14,680 nt of DNA from a bacterium (lineage in GTDB: Bacteria; Zhuqueibacterota; Zhuqueibacteria; Oceanimicrobiales; Oceanimicrobiaceae), in NCBI GenBank assembly GCA_046757525.1, contig JBHHYI010000103.1, forward strand, positions 1-14,680. Reading direction: 5' to 3'. Made by a program: the position numbers and the translations under genes. Each line of letters starts with the position of its first letter. The first letter of the stretch is position 1. Below are positions 1 through 8,787 of the stretch, one piece after another. The notes beneath the pieces are model-generated. The model saw nothing but the letters and a program-made list of their open reading frames with translations. It had not been told where the DNA came from and ran no database searches.

Positions 1-94
1 AATTTGAGCCGCCTCCCGTGAAAATGTTCTGAAAGTCACAGGCAAAAAAACAATGCGTGCTTACCAGCAAGAAAGTCAGGTACTTGAACTTCAT
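1..94 (-). CDS. Putative lipoprotein, 5' part only (runs off the window)
   Basis: Not in the ORF track. Reverse strand reads GGGAGA (SD-like), then ATG at 94, MKFKYLTFLLVSTHCFFACDFQNIFTGGGSN, open to the edge. Basic N-terminus, hydrophobic core and FFA-C lipobox-like motif. Confidence 0.6.
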   Translation of the reverse strand, partial: MKFKYLTFLLVSTHCFFACDFQNIFTGGGSN

Positions 95-188
95 TGTTCT
101 CCCTTTGAATTAACCATTGCGAGGAGCGGAGCATTCGAGGAGGTCACGTTGTGCCCCTGGCGAGTAAGAAAACGCCGCGCGGCAAAGA

Positions 189-515
189 TTATTCTATTTT
201 TTCCACGAAAACCTCTACCACCCCATTGCATCCCAAACCCAGGCCCCAGATGATTTCTTCTTTGGCGGTATTATCGTAGCGCAACAGCCGGGGCTTGCCG
301 CTTTCGATGACCTGGGGAGCGATTTCTCGCACATCGCTCTCCAGGCAGCCCGCGCTGATGGAGCCGACCATGTCCCCCCGCTCACTGACGATCATTTTGG
401 CCCCTTCCTTGCGATAGGTAGACCCCGAGGTCCGTACCACGGTAGCCAGAGCCGCCTTTTCGCCTCTCTCGCGCAATTTTTCCAGAGTTTCCAGGATCAC
501 CAAAGTCTCTCGCAT
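189..515 (-). CDS. xdhC: XdhC/CoxI family protein, N-terminal domain only (Mo-hydroxylase accessory factor)
   Basis: Motifs ALATVVRTSGSTYRKEGAKM, GSISAGCLESDV and WGLGLGCNGVVEVFVE. GAGG SD upstream on the minus strand. Confidence 0.85.
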   Translation of the reverse strand: MRETLVILETLEKLRERGEKAALATVVRTSGSTYRKEGAKMIVSERGDMVGSISAGCLESDVREIAPQVIESGKPRLLRYDNTAKEEIIWGLGLGCNGVVEVFVEKIE

Positions 516-545
516 GGTTCTTACCTCACCACATTAACGATTCTG

Positions 546-1178
546 TCACTCGATATCGGCTAATGTAAGCCCAAAATATTCAATCCCAAGCGTATTCAGG
601 ATTTGTAGCTCATCCCGATAGTTGTCCAACAGCTTGGCATTCTCTTCTAATTGCTTTGAATTCAGCGGATTACCTTCGGCAGCCTCGAAGCCCAACTGCC
701 GGTAGGCATAGCCAAAATAAGACGCGTAGATCTGCGCCGTCAAGTATCGATATTCTCGTGGCGACATTTTGTGCGTGCGCAAGGACTTGATGAAGTCCTT
801 ACGAATATCGGCAAGCAGTTGCAAGGTCTGTCGGTATTCTCTGAAGCCGACCTTTTTGTTGGGTTTTTTTTCTAAAGCTTTGAACTCCGATTCGTGACTT
901 TTTATCCGATCGGCGAAGTCTTTCTTGATGCTGATAAACCTGGCGACCTGTTCTTCCTGAATTAGCCCATCCGCCGGTTCCTGGAAAGGGTATTGGGCGT
1001 TGAGGGTCTTCAACTCCTGAATCATTTCCGGTGAAGCGCCCAAAGCGCCTGCCCAGTCTTCTACGATGTCTTTGGCTTTCATGATGAAAAAATAAGAAGC
1101 GACCACGACAACAACGATGAGTGCGCCAACAATACCCAGGGCAATCAGGCACCCTCGTGACTTTTTCTTTTCGTCCAT
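546..1178 (-). CDS. Hypothetical single-pass membrane protein
   Basis: 210 aa with KKKSRGC followed by a long hydrophobic segment, then a helical soluble region. GAGGAG SD upstream. Co-oriented with and 30 bp from xdhC. Confidence 0.8.
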   Translation of the reverse strand: MDEKKKSRGCLIALGIVGALIVVVVVASYFFIMKAKDIVEDWAGALGASPEMIQELKTLNAQYPFQEPADGLIQEEQVARFISIKKDFADRIKSHESEFKALEKKPNKKVGFREYRQTLQLLADIRKDFIKSLRTHKMSPREYRYLTAQIYASYFGYAYRQLGFEAAEGNPLNSKQLEENAKLLDNYRDELQILNTLGIEYFGLTLADIE

Positions 1179-1395
1179 ATCGTTCTCCTCATTTAGCAGA
1201 ATGTCGATTTACAATATAGTTTGTGGGAAGTAAATATTCAACATAAAATTAACCCATATTATAAAATCGCAAAAGACTTCATTAATCTGTTCAAGCGGCC
1301 GAAGTATGAAAGTACCGCTTGAGCTCTTCTTGGCAGGCGTCTTTTCAAACAACCGTTTTGTCAGTTTTCCAAATAACAAAAATCGCTGCGTGACC

Positions 1396-3531
1396 ATGAA
1401 CAAGAGACTAAGATTCTTTGGCCTGTCTATGGCTTCAATATTACTACTCGTCTTTAATGGCCCTGCTTTGGCCCAGGAGGTATTCTGGCAACAGACGAAC
1501 GGGCCTTACGGCGGCAATGTGGCTGCCATCGCCGTCAAATCCAACGGCGACCTACTGATTGGCACCGGAAACGGCATTTTTAACTCAGTCGACAACGGCG
1601 ATACCTGGAGCCAGCTCAACAGCACGCTGATCAACAAAAGGGTGCAGGCCATCGCTGTCAATGCGCAGGGTGCCCTTTTCGCCGGCACGCAAAGCGAAGG
1701 CGTATTGCGTTCCACCGATAATGGCGACACCTGGATTCCGGTAAACAATGGGCTAACGGGCTACAACATTTTCGATCTGGCATTCAACGAAAACGGCGAC
1801 CTTTTTGCTGGCACCAACGATGGCGTCTTTCGTTCACAGGACGACGGTCTAAACTGGACGCAGATCAACAACGGCCTGGGAGACATTCTGGTAGAGTCTA
1901 TTGCCATAAATTCGCAAGGAGAGCTTTTCGCCGGCACCTTTGGCGCAGGGGTATTCACTTCAAAAGACAACGGCGCCAGTTGGCAGCAACTCTCCGCCGC
2001 CTTTGCCCATGCCTCGGTACCCTCCCTGGTTATCAGCTCCGAAGGCAATTTGTTCGCTGGCACCTTTGGCAACGGGGTTTTTCGCTCCGTGGACAATGGC
2101 AACACCTGGACGCAAGTCAACGACGGCTTGACCAATAATGTGATCCACGCTCTCGTGGTGCATGCCAACGGAGACCTGTTTGCCGGTACCGTGGAAGGCG
2201 TGTTTCGTTCCACAAACAACGGGGCCACCTGGTCAAAGGTCGAGGCCGGCCTGACCGTGAGAAACGTGCTGGCGTTGGCGGTCACCTCTGAAGGTGTTTT
2301 GTTTGCCGGGGCGCAAATCGGCGGCGTCTTTCGTTCCATCGACAACGGCCTCACCTGGATGCAGATCAATAACGGCCTGCTCAACACGGACGTAACTGCC
2401 TTTGTGAGCAATGGCGCGGGGGACCTTTTCGCCAGCACTTACGTCAGCGGGGTCTTTCGCTCTTCTGACGACGGAGCCAACTGGACGCAGATCAACACCG
2501 GCCTGATTTGCAATTGCGTGCTCTCGCTGGCGATCAGCACCAACGCGGAGCTGTTTGCTGGTACGGTCAACGGCGTTTTCCGTTCCACCAGCAACGGGGA
2601 CCTTTGGGTGCAGCGCAACAACGGCTTGACCAACTTGAACGTGCAGGCACTATTGGTCGGCGGCAGCAGCACTGTATTCGCCGGCACTGTGAATGGCCTG
2701 TTTCGCTCCAAAGACCGCGGCGACCATTGGACGCCCGCCAACAACGGTCTGAGCAATTTCAACGTGCAAACCTTAGCCAGCAACTTCGATGGTGTGCTGT
2801 TTGCCGGTACCGAAGGCGGCCTGTTTCGCTCCACCAACCAGGGCCACACCTGGCAGCCAATCAATGCCGGCCTGACCAACCTCAATATTCAGACCGTGGC
2901 CAGCAGTTCCGACGGGGCCCTGTTTGCCGGTACGGTAGACGGCTTGTTTCGCTCCACCGACAACGGCGACACCTGGTCGTCGATTAACAATGGTCTGACC
3001 AGCCCAAACGTGCTGGCGCTTGCCATTCAGTCCAATGGCAACTTGTTGGCCGGAACCCGTGGCGGTGGTGTCTTTCGTTCCCTGGACGAGGGCAGTAGCT
3101 GGACCCCGATCAGTACCGGTCTAACCAACACTGCGGTCACTGCCCTCGCCACCAGCTTCATCGGAGACCTGTTCGCTGGCACCGACGGCAGCGGGGTCTT
3201 CCGCAGTACGCAATCGGTCACCGCCGTGGGGCAGTTCGACCACACCCCTCCTCAGGGTTTCGCCCTGGAACAAAACTACCCCAATCCCTTTAATCCTGAA
3301 ACTGAAATCCGGTTCAACCTCCCGCAAAAGAGTCACGTGGTGGTGGGCATCTTCAATGCCCTGGGCCAGAAAATCCGCACTTTGGTGGATGCGCCATTCC
3401 AGGCAGGATTGCATTCGATCCGTTGGGACGGCACCGACGACCAGGGCAACCCGGTCGCCAGTGGCGTTTACATTTATCGCCTGGAAGCCGGGGCCTTTAC
3501 CCAGGTGAAAAAGATGAGCCTGCTGCGATAG
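1396..3531 (+). CDS. Secreted Asp-box (BNR/VPS10-like) double beta-propeller protein with C-terminal T9SS-type/FlgD-Ig sorting domain
   Basis: Signal peptide MNKRLRFF...ALA-Q from ATG 1396, preferred over the ORF-track start 1306. 13 Asp-box-type motifs (SxD/NxGxTW-like) in ~41-42-aa repeats plus a closing blade. Tail LEQNYPNPFNP...WDGTD..G..VASGVYIYRL...KKMSLLR. Confidence 0.9.
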   Translation: MNKRLRFFGLSMASILLLVFNGPALAQEVFWQQTNGPYGGNVAAIAVKSNGDLLIGTGNGIFNSVDNGDTWSQLNSTLINKRVQAIAVNAQGALFAGTQSEGVLRSTDNGDTWIPVNNGLTGYNIFDLAFNENGDLFAGTNDGVFRSQDDGLNWTQINNGLGDILVESIAINSQGELFAGTFGAGVFTSKDNGASWQQLSAAFAHASVPSLVISSEGNLFAGTFGNGVFRSVDNGNTWTQVNDGLTNNVIHALVVHANGDLFAGTVEGVFRSTNNGATWSKVEAGLTVRNVLALAVTSEGVLFAGAQIGGVFRSIDNGLTWMQINNGLLNTDVTAFVSNGAGDLFASTYVSGVFRSSDDGANWTQINTGLICNCVLSLAISTNAELFAGTVNGVFRSTSNGDLWVQRNNGLTNLNVQALLVGGSSTVFAGTVNGLFRSKDRGDHWTPANNGLSNFNVQTLASNFDGVLFAGTEGGLFRSTNQGHTWQPINAGLTNLNIQTVASSSDGALFAGTVDGLFRSTDNGDTWSSINNGLTSPNVLALAIQSNGNLLAGTRGGGVFRSLDEGSSWTPISTGLTNTAVTALATSFIGDLFAGTDGSGVFRSTQSVTAVGQFDHTPPQGFALEQNYPNPFNPETEIRFNLPQKSHVVVGIFNALGQKIRTLVDAPFQAGLHSIRWDGTDDQGNPVASGVYIYRLEAGAFTQVKKMSLLR

Positions 3532-3613
3532 GATTGAATGAACGATTCTGTGAGTTGCGGGGGCCTTTAGGAAACGCCTGGCTGTCGCTGTCCTTTACTG
3601 CAGCCCCCGGTTG

Positions 3614-3889
3614 TCATTCCGTAGGAATCTTGTTAGGCTCGTTCGTAGTCCGTCGTAGGGCCTCAAACTCTGCATCCGCTTGCTTTAGATAGGCATTAAT
3701 TTCATCCCGATGACTTAAAGAGTAAGTTATGGCGCCATAAACTTGCTCAAGCGTCAGAACTGGAAAGCACTCTGCCACAATGGTTTCGGGAGACAGCCCA
3801 CCCCAAAAGGCAAGTACTACTGAATCCAGCGAGACGCGGGTTCCGACAAGCCAAAAGCCTTCATCGCGTTTTCTAAAGTATTGCTTTGC
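3614..3889 (-). pseudogene. DUF433-family antitoxin relic, start codon replaced by a repeat terminus
   Basis: AKQYFRKRDEGFWLVGTRVSLDSVV...SPETI...FPVLTLEQVYGAITY is DUF433-like. The codon before AKQY is GGG, which belongs to the repeat end at 3890. No toxin partner is adjacent. Confidence 0.7.
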
Positions 3890-4224
3890 CCCAGCGCGGC
3901 GAAGCCGCAAATTATTAGCCACGGATTCACACTGATTCAAACAAAGGATTTTGACATTGATGCTTTTCCAAAAAATTCTTTCTATAAAAGCAAAGCTTAA
4001 AATACTGAAAACTATTAAGTCGTGACTAAGACCTATTCTGTACTATTTTCACATTCTCTACTTTTATCCGTGTCAATCTGTACTACAAATCTGCAACGAG
4101 TTGTTTTTTTAGCAATTTTTTTTCGGTGACCTTCGGTGATTCTCGGTGGTCAAAAAAAATTCCACCGAACGGCGCCGAAGTCACCGAAACGCACCGAATT
4201 GGGTTGCGGCTTTATCGCGCTGGG
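3890..4224. mobile_element. MITE-like composite non-autonomous element
   Basis: Inverted termini CCCAGCGCGGCGAAGCCGCAA (3890-3910) and TTGCGGCTTTATCGCGCTGGG (4204-4224), 18/21 match. Internal inverted repeat 4122-4149/4162-4188 built of ~9-nt CACCGAA units. No credible ORF. Confidence 0.7.
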
Positions 4225-4328
4225 TTACTCAGTGGCTTTCATTTTTAAAGCGGTCTTAAAAAAGTTTACATTTTTGTCAGTCGGGTGTCCGTCAAGAGCC
4301 GGACCTCTAACTGGCCCGTCAAGTGCCG

Positions 4329-4344
4329 TCCGGCAGCTGCCGGA
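4329..4344. repeat. Perfect 16-bp palindrome TCCGGCAGCTGCCGGA
   Basis: Read directly. Near-identical to GTCCGGCAGTTGCCGGAC at 8465-8482. Preceded by a direct repeat CCGTCAAG(A/T)GCCG at 4289-4301 and 4316-4328. Confidence 0.7.
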
Positions 4345-4578
4345 TGACTGGCCTGACCGATGCAAAACTTTACTGATGATACTATAGTTTTCCTCTTCAC
4401 ATCAGCGTTCTTCACTAAGAAAGACATGAAGATTATTTTGATTTGTCAATGACTATTCTTTCACTGGTCTTGGAAGCGCGTAGGCGCTTGAATTCCATAC
4501 CAGGTGCTGAATGACATTCAACAGGCTACTTTGGTCTTTCGGGACGACGCCTTTTACTTCGCCTGTGACAAAAAACCA

Positions 4579-4607
4579 TTGGATTTGATTGGTTAATTGT
4601 GTAAATT
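4579..4607 (+). promoter_or_regulatory. Possible sigma70 promoter of the methyltransferase-bsh operon
   Basis: TTGGAT-17 nt-TAAATT ending 32 bp before ATG 4640. Only a partial consensus match. Confidence 0.3.
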
Positions 4608-4639
4608 TCGAAGTCGATTGAACAAGGAAGAACGAACTC

Positions 4640-5383
4640 ATGACCTGGTACAAAGACTGGTTCGGCCAGGACTATTTGAAGGTCTACCCGCACCGCGATG
4701 AACAAGAGGCCAAGAAGCAGGTTGACTTTGTCGAAAAAATCGTTCCGCTGCAATCTGCGCAGAGGATTTTAGATCTGGGTTGCGGCAGCGGTCGCCACGC
4801 TTTGGAATTGACCCGGCGGGGCCATCACATCACCTGCCTGGATTTGTCTTCCGTGCTCTTACGCCTGGCCAGGGAAAAGAGCGGCGGCGACGATTGCTGC
4901 ATTCGCTTCGTGCAGGCCGACATGCGCTACATCCCGTTTTCCAATGCTTTCGACGTGATTCTGAGCTTTTTTACCACTTTTGGCTATTTTAGAAAAGATT
5001 CGGAAAATCTGCAGACCCTGGTGAGCATTCAGGAGGCGTTGACACCCGGCGGAAAGTTTCTCCAGGATTACCTGAACAAAACGTTCGTGGTCGAAAACCT
5101 AATTCCGTTTGATTCGCGCCAGGCAAATGGATTCGAAATCATCCAGGAACGGCGTTACAACCGATCTGAGGAACGCATCGAAAAGAAAATCACCTTGAAA
5201 GAAAATGGCAAGACGCGCGAGTATTTTGAATCGGTGCGACTGTACACGCTCGAGGAGATGAAGCAGTTGCTGAGACAAACGAAGCTAAATCTGGAATGCA
5301 CGTTTGGCGATTTCGACGGCAGCCCGTTTACCAAAGAAAGTCCACGACTTATTTTAGTAGGAAGGAAGGAGTCGAGCCTGTGA
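4640..5383 (+). CDS. Class I SAM-dependent methyltransferase (candidate bacillithiol N-methyltransferase, NmbA-like)
   Basis: Motif I ILDLGCGSGRH, LDLS, ADMR and FDVILSFFTTFGYF. Its stop overlaps the bshC start (GTGA). Confidence 0.9.
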   Translation: MTWYKDWFGQDYLKVYPHRDEQEAKKQVDFVEKIVPLQSAQRILDLGCGSGRHALELTRRGHHITCLDLSSVLLRLAREKSGGDDCCIRFVQADMRYIPFSNAFDVILSFFTTFGYFRKDSENLQTLVSIQEALTPGGKFLQDYLNKTFVVENLIPFDSRQANGFEIIQERRYNRSEERIEKKITLKENGKTREYFESVRLYTLEEMKQLLRQTKLNLECTFGDFDGSPFTKESPRLILVGRKESSL

Positions 5384-6999
5384 GAACGGCCATGAGCCAA
5401 CTGCCTGGAGCAACACCTCTGCTGGTTGATTATTTCGAGCACTTTGACCGGGTGGCTGATTTTTTCAACGGTGATTTCCGCAATCGCGAGTCGTTCCAGA
5501 AACGATCTGAGGAAGTTAAACAAAGAGAGCTGCCGTTTGGCAAATTGGTCCCCATTCTGAAAGAGCAAAACCAGCGCTTTGGCTGCGGATTCCAGACTTT
5601 GGAGAAAATCGATTTGCTGTTGGAACGGCGCGCCTGTGCGGTGGTGACCGGGCAACAGACGGGCCTTTTTTCCGGACCGCTTTACACCATCTACAAAGCT
5701 CTCACCACCATCAGGCTTGCAAATCGCCTCAACCGAACCTGCGAAGGCTGTTACGTGCCGGTCTTTTGGCTGGCTTCCGACGATCACGATTTCCGCGAAG
5801 TCAACCACGCCAAACTCATCAACAAGAGCCACCAGATCGTGGAAATCGCTCACCACAGTGGGCGCCTCGACCGCAGAGTGCCAGTGTCAGCGATCAAACT
5901 GAACCAGGAAATCGTGGAGAACGTGCAGCAGCTTAACGACGCAACCAATCCTTCCGAATTCAAGGAAGACATCCTGAAGCTGTTGTCAGCCGCCTATGCG
6001 CCAGGTGCGGTTTTCTCCCAGGCCTTTGGCACCTGGTTGATGGCCTTGTTCAAAGCTTTCGGCCTGATCCTCATGGACGCCAGCGACACCAGGGTCAAGA
6101 CGTTAGGGGCGCCGGTGTTTCTGAAAGAAATCGCCGAACGCTCTCCGTCCACCGACCGCGTGCTGGCAACTTCCGCAGAGCTGGCCGGCAGAGGCTACCA
6201 CAACCAGGTCCAGCTCAACAAGGGATTGCTCAACCTGTTCTACCTCGATGGCGAACGCCATGCCCTGGAGGTCAAAGACGGCACGTTTCACGTAAAAGGA
6301 ACCAATCAGGCGTTTCAGTCTGACGAACTCGTGCGCCTGGCGGAAAAAGAGCCGCAGCGCTTCAGTCCCAACGTTCTGCTGCGCCCTATTTTCCAGGATG
6401 TGCTCTTGCCCACGGTCGCGTACGTGGGCGGCCCGGCAGAGATTGCCTACTACGCCCAGTTGAAAGGCGTCTACGAAAGCTTTGAACTGCCCATGCCCAT
6501 CATTTATCCGAGAAAAAGTCTTACCTTGCTCGAAAGAAACATCGAAAAAGTTCTCGACAAATACGAGCTGCGGGTGCCAGAGTTTTGGGGAGATGTTGAA
6601 GCCCTGATCAATGAAATCGCCAAAAACCACCTGCCCGATTCCCTGGAGGAAAATATTGAAAACACCGCAAAGCAGGTCAAAGAGAACTTGGCGGCGCTCG
6701 AGGAAGTGGTCGTGTCGTTTGAACCGACTTTAAACGATACCGTACAAAACGTCAAAGGGCGGATCGATCACCAGATGGAAATTCTGGAGAAGAAGATTTT
6801 GCAGGCGTACAAGAAACGCAATGAAATCCTCCGGCAACAGATTCACAAGGCGCAAATAAATCTGTACCCCAATCATCATTTGCAGGAACGGGAAGTCAAC
6901 GTGGTACCTTATCTGTTTAAATACGGGTTAGGGCTGATCGACCGCTTGTATGAAGCCATGGATATCTCCAACTTTGATCATCAGGTGGTGCGGCTTTGA
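5380..6999 (+). CDS. bshC: Bacillithiol biosynthesis cysteine-adding enzyme BshC
   Basis: TGQQTGLFSGPLYTIYKA, PVFWLASDDHDF, FSPNVLLRP, YVGGPAEIAY, coiled coil and LQERE. GTG at 5380 with GAAGGAG SD gives 539 aa. Confidence 0.95.
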   Translation: MRTAMSQLPGATPLLVDYFEHFDRVADFFNGDFRNRESFQKRSEEVKQRELPFGKLVPILKEQNQRFGCGFQTLEKIDLLLERRACAVVTGQQTGLFSGPLYTIYKALTTIRLANRLNRTCEGCYVPVFWLASDDHDFREVNHAKLINKSHQIVEIAHHSGRLDRRVPVSAIKLNQEIVENVQQLNDATNPSEFKEDILKLLSAAYAPGAVFSQAFGTWLMALFKAFGLILMDASDTRVKTLGAPVFLKEIAERSPSTDRVLATSAELAGRGYHNQVQLNKGLLNLFYLDGERHALEVKDGTFHVKGTNQAFQSDELVRLAEKEPQRFSPNVLLRPIFQDVLLPTVAYVGGPAEIAYYAQLKGVYESFELPMPIIYPRKSLTLLERNIEKVLDKYELRVPEFWGDVEALINEIAKNHLPDSLEENIENTAKQVKENLAALEEVVVSFEPTLNDTVQNVKGRIDHQMEILEKKILQAYKKRNEILRQQIHKAQINLYPNHHLQEREVNVVPYLFKYGLGLIDRLYEAMDISNFDHQVVRL

Positions 7000-7014
7000 A
7001 AGGAGGCAGAAAAC

Positions 7015-7398
7015 ATGGGAAAGGTAATTGAGAGAATCAGAATAACCAGTCTATTTGATTCGACAAAATCAATACAGGTGGACTCGGTCATCGATACGGG
7101 TGCCACCATGCTCGTTTTACCTCAAAACATCATCGACTTGCTCGATTTAAAAAAGATGCGAGAAGTAAATGTCAAATACGCCAGTAATTCAACTCAAGTT
7201 AAATCGGTATATGGCGTGGTGACGGTGGAGATTAAGGGCCGAGCAGGCGAATTTAACGTTTTGGCAGAAGCAGAAGGCTCACAACCGCTGGTAGGACAAA
7301 TAGTTTTGGAACAATTGGACCTGGTCGTTGACCCAAGCTCGAGAACAGTAATGCCGAACCCAAGGTCACCAGAGACTCCCATGGTGGAAATACTTTGA
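7015..7398 (+). CDS. Clan AA (retropepsin-like) aspartic protease, AF_0612-like
   Basis: VIDTGATMLVLP catalytic motif and PLVGQIVLEQLDLVVDP. AGGAGG SD. Confidence 0.85.
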   Translation: MGKVIERIRITSLFDSTKSIQVDSVIDTGATMLVLPQNIIDLLDLKKMREVNVKYASNSTQVKSVYGVVTVEIKGRAGEFNVLAEAEGSQPLVGQIVLEQLDLVVDPSSRTVMPNPRSPETPMVEIL

Positions 7399-7437
7399 TT
7401 GAGGCAAGCAAACACATCACAAATACGGAGATACAGG

Positions 7438-8175
7438 ATGCAACTCGATGCTCTTGCTTTCGGTGCCCATCCCGATGATGTGGAACTGACCTGCGCCGGG
7501 ACCCTGATCAAATTAGGGGCCAGCGGTTACAAGACCGGCGTCATTGCTTTGACCCACGGCGAGTTGGGCACCCGTGGCAGCGCTGAAATCCGCGAAGCCG
7601 AATTTGCCGAATCAGGCAAGATCATGGGACTGGCCGTGCACAAAATGCTGGACCTGCCCGACGGCAACGTGGAGCTGAATTGGCAAAACAAACTCAAAGT
7701 CATCCGCGAAATTCGAGCGTACAAACCCCGGATCGTGTTTGCCCCGTACTGGGTGGTGCGGCACCCGGACCACGGCCATGCCTCCGACCTGGTACGGGAA
7801 GCCGCCTTCCTGGCAGGACTGCAAAAAATCGAAACAGGACAGGAGGCGCACCGTCCTTTTAAGGTGATTTACTACCAGTGTCGCTTCGAGTTTGCACCGT
7901 CGTTCATCGTCGACGTCACCGAATTCCACGAGCTAAAAATCAAGGCGATCCAGGCGTACCGGTCACAGTTCCACAATCCGGAAAAGCACAAATACGGCGA
8001 CGAAGAAACCAACATCAGCCGGCCGGAGTTCCTGGAGGCGATCATCACACGCTCCAGACAGTATGGCTCCTACATTGGCGTAAAATACGCAGAACCGTTT
8101 CTGGTGCGGGAACCCATGCGCCTGCAGGATCCGGTGCAGTTTTTCGGTCCGGAATACTTGACCGGGATTCAGTAA
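7438..8175 (+). CDS. bshB1: Bacillithiol biosynthesis deacetylase BshB1 (PIG-L family)
   Basis: AFGAHPDDVE, GELGTRG, RHPDH, AYRSQF and GVKYAEPF. GGAG SD before ATG 7438. Genomic context agrees. Confidence 0.93.
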   Translation: MQLDALAFGAHPDDVELTCAGTLIKLGASGYKTGVIALTHGELGTRGSAEIREAEFAESGKIMGLAVHKMLDLPDGNVELNWQNKLKVIREIRAYKPRIVFAPYWVVRHPDHGHASDLVREAAFLAGLQKIETGQEAHRPFKVIYYQCRFEFAPSFIVDVTEFHELKIKAIQAYRSQFHNPEKHKYGDEETNISRPEFLEAIITRSRQYGSYIGVKYAEPFLVREPMRLQDPVQFFGPEYLTGIQ

Positions 8176-8214
8176 AGAGGTTGTTGACAAAAAAATCACC
8201 GCGGACTTACACGG

Positions 8215-8291
8215 CGCGGCGGAGCCGCAACCAAATTCGACTAAGTTTTGTCGACTTCGGCGCCATTAGCTGGAAATATTTCTTAGTTCAC
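8215..8291 (+). repeat. Dispersed repeat module, copy 1
   Basis: 8215-8265 matches 11608-11658 at 46/51 nt, and both are followed by AATATTTCT(T/C)AGTTCAC. A related inverted copy lies at ~4170-4224. Confidence 0.85.
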
Positions 8292-8368
8292 TTAAGGCAC
8301 CGAAAAAAAGCTTTATCAAATGAGTACAGAAATTGATAAGACAAAATAATTGACGACAAAATGATTAG

Positions 8369-8698
8369 CACTACAACGCAAATTGTCATTCTGAGGAGTC
8401 TGGCAACTGCCTTATGGCGTCAACTTAAGGGGCATCTAACCACCAGATTGTCACCCCGAGCGGAGTCCGGCAGTTGCCGGACGTAGTCGAGGGGTCTGAT
8501 TTAGGCACAGACCAGATTTCGAGTCAGGCAGCCGCCTGACTCGAAATGATAGTCTGGGGCTTAAGTTGACGCCCATGGGCAACTGCTGGACAACGAAGAA
8601 TCTTTGAACTTTAGGCCAAAGTTAGCCTCGTGGTTGAAGATTCTTCTCTCCTTATCAGTCGCTCAGAATGACATTTCTATCGATTTTGCGCTGTAGTG
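8369..8698. mobile_element. MITE with 14-bp TIRs and TTAG target duplication, containing nested elements
   Basis: CACTACAACGCAAA (8369-8382) and TTTGCGCTGTAGTG (8685-8698), 13/14 match. Flanked by TTAG at 8365-8368 and 8699-8702. Inner perfect IR TGTCATTCTGAG (8384-8395) / CTCAGAATGACA (8662-8673). Confidence 0.75.
8411..8577. mobile_element. IS4/IS231-like MITE with 9-10-bp target duplication
   Basis: TIR core GGCGTCAACTTAAG / CTTAAGTTGACGCC (14/14). Right terminus reads CATGGGCGTCAACTTAAG on the minus strand. Direct repeat GGCAACTGC at 8402-8410 and 8578-8586. Confidence 0.8.
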
Positions 8699-8787
8699 TT
8701 AGATAAAATCGTTAAAAGAATTTTTTTGTCTTTAATCATTTTTCAGTGGTTCATGTTTTCCGGTTTATCCGGGTTAAGGAATTAGCA

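Noticed and set aside
110..188. Possible repeat remnant (CATTGCGAGGAGCG) between xdhC and the lipoprotein gene
   Set aside because: Resembles the TGTCATT-type palindromes but has no partner arm. Too degenerate to call.
1506..3414. Several long antisense and alternate-frame ORFs over the propeller gene
   Set aside because: Shadows of a GC-rich repetitive coding strand, with no motifs or SD.
4122..4200. CACCGAA tandem units as a CRISPR array
   Set aside because: Units are ~9 nt with no unique spacers and no cas genes.
4136..4387. 83-aa ORF
   Set aside because: Lies over palindromic repeats, with no SD or recognisable motif.
5296..5379. ORF-track N-terminal extension of BshC (similarly 7399 for bshB1, 8746 for bshA, 1306 for the propeller)
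   Set aside because: Downstream starts fit better: SD sites for the bsh genes, a signal peptide for the propeller, and family-typical N-termini.
8443..8557. tRNA or riboswitch in the GC-rich hairpin cluster
   Set aside because: No cloverleaf, T-loop or recognisable aptamer. Explained by nested repeats with target duplications.
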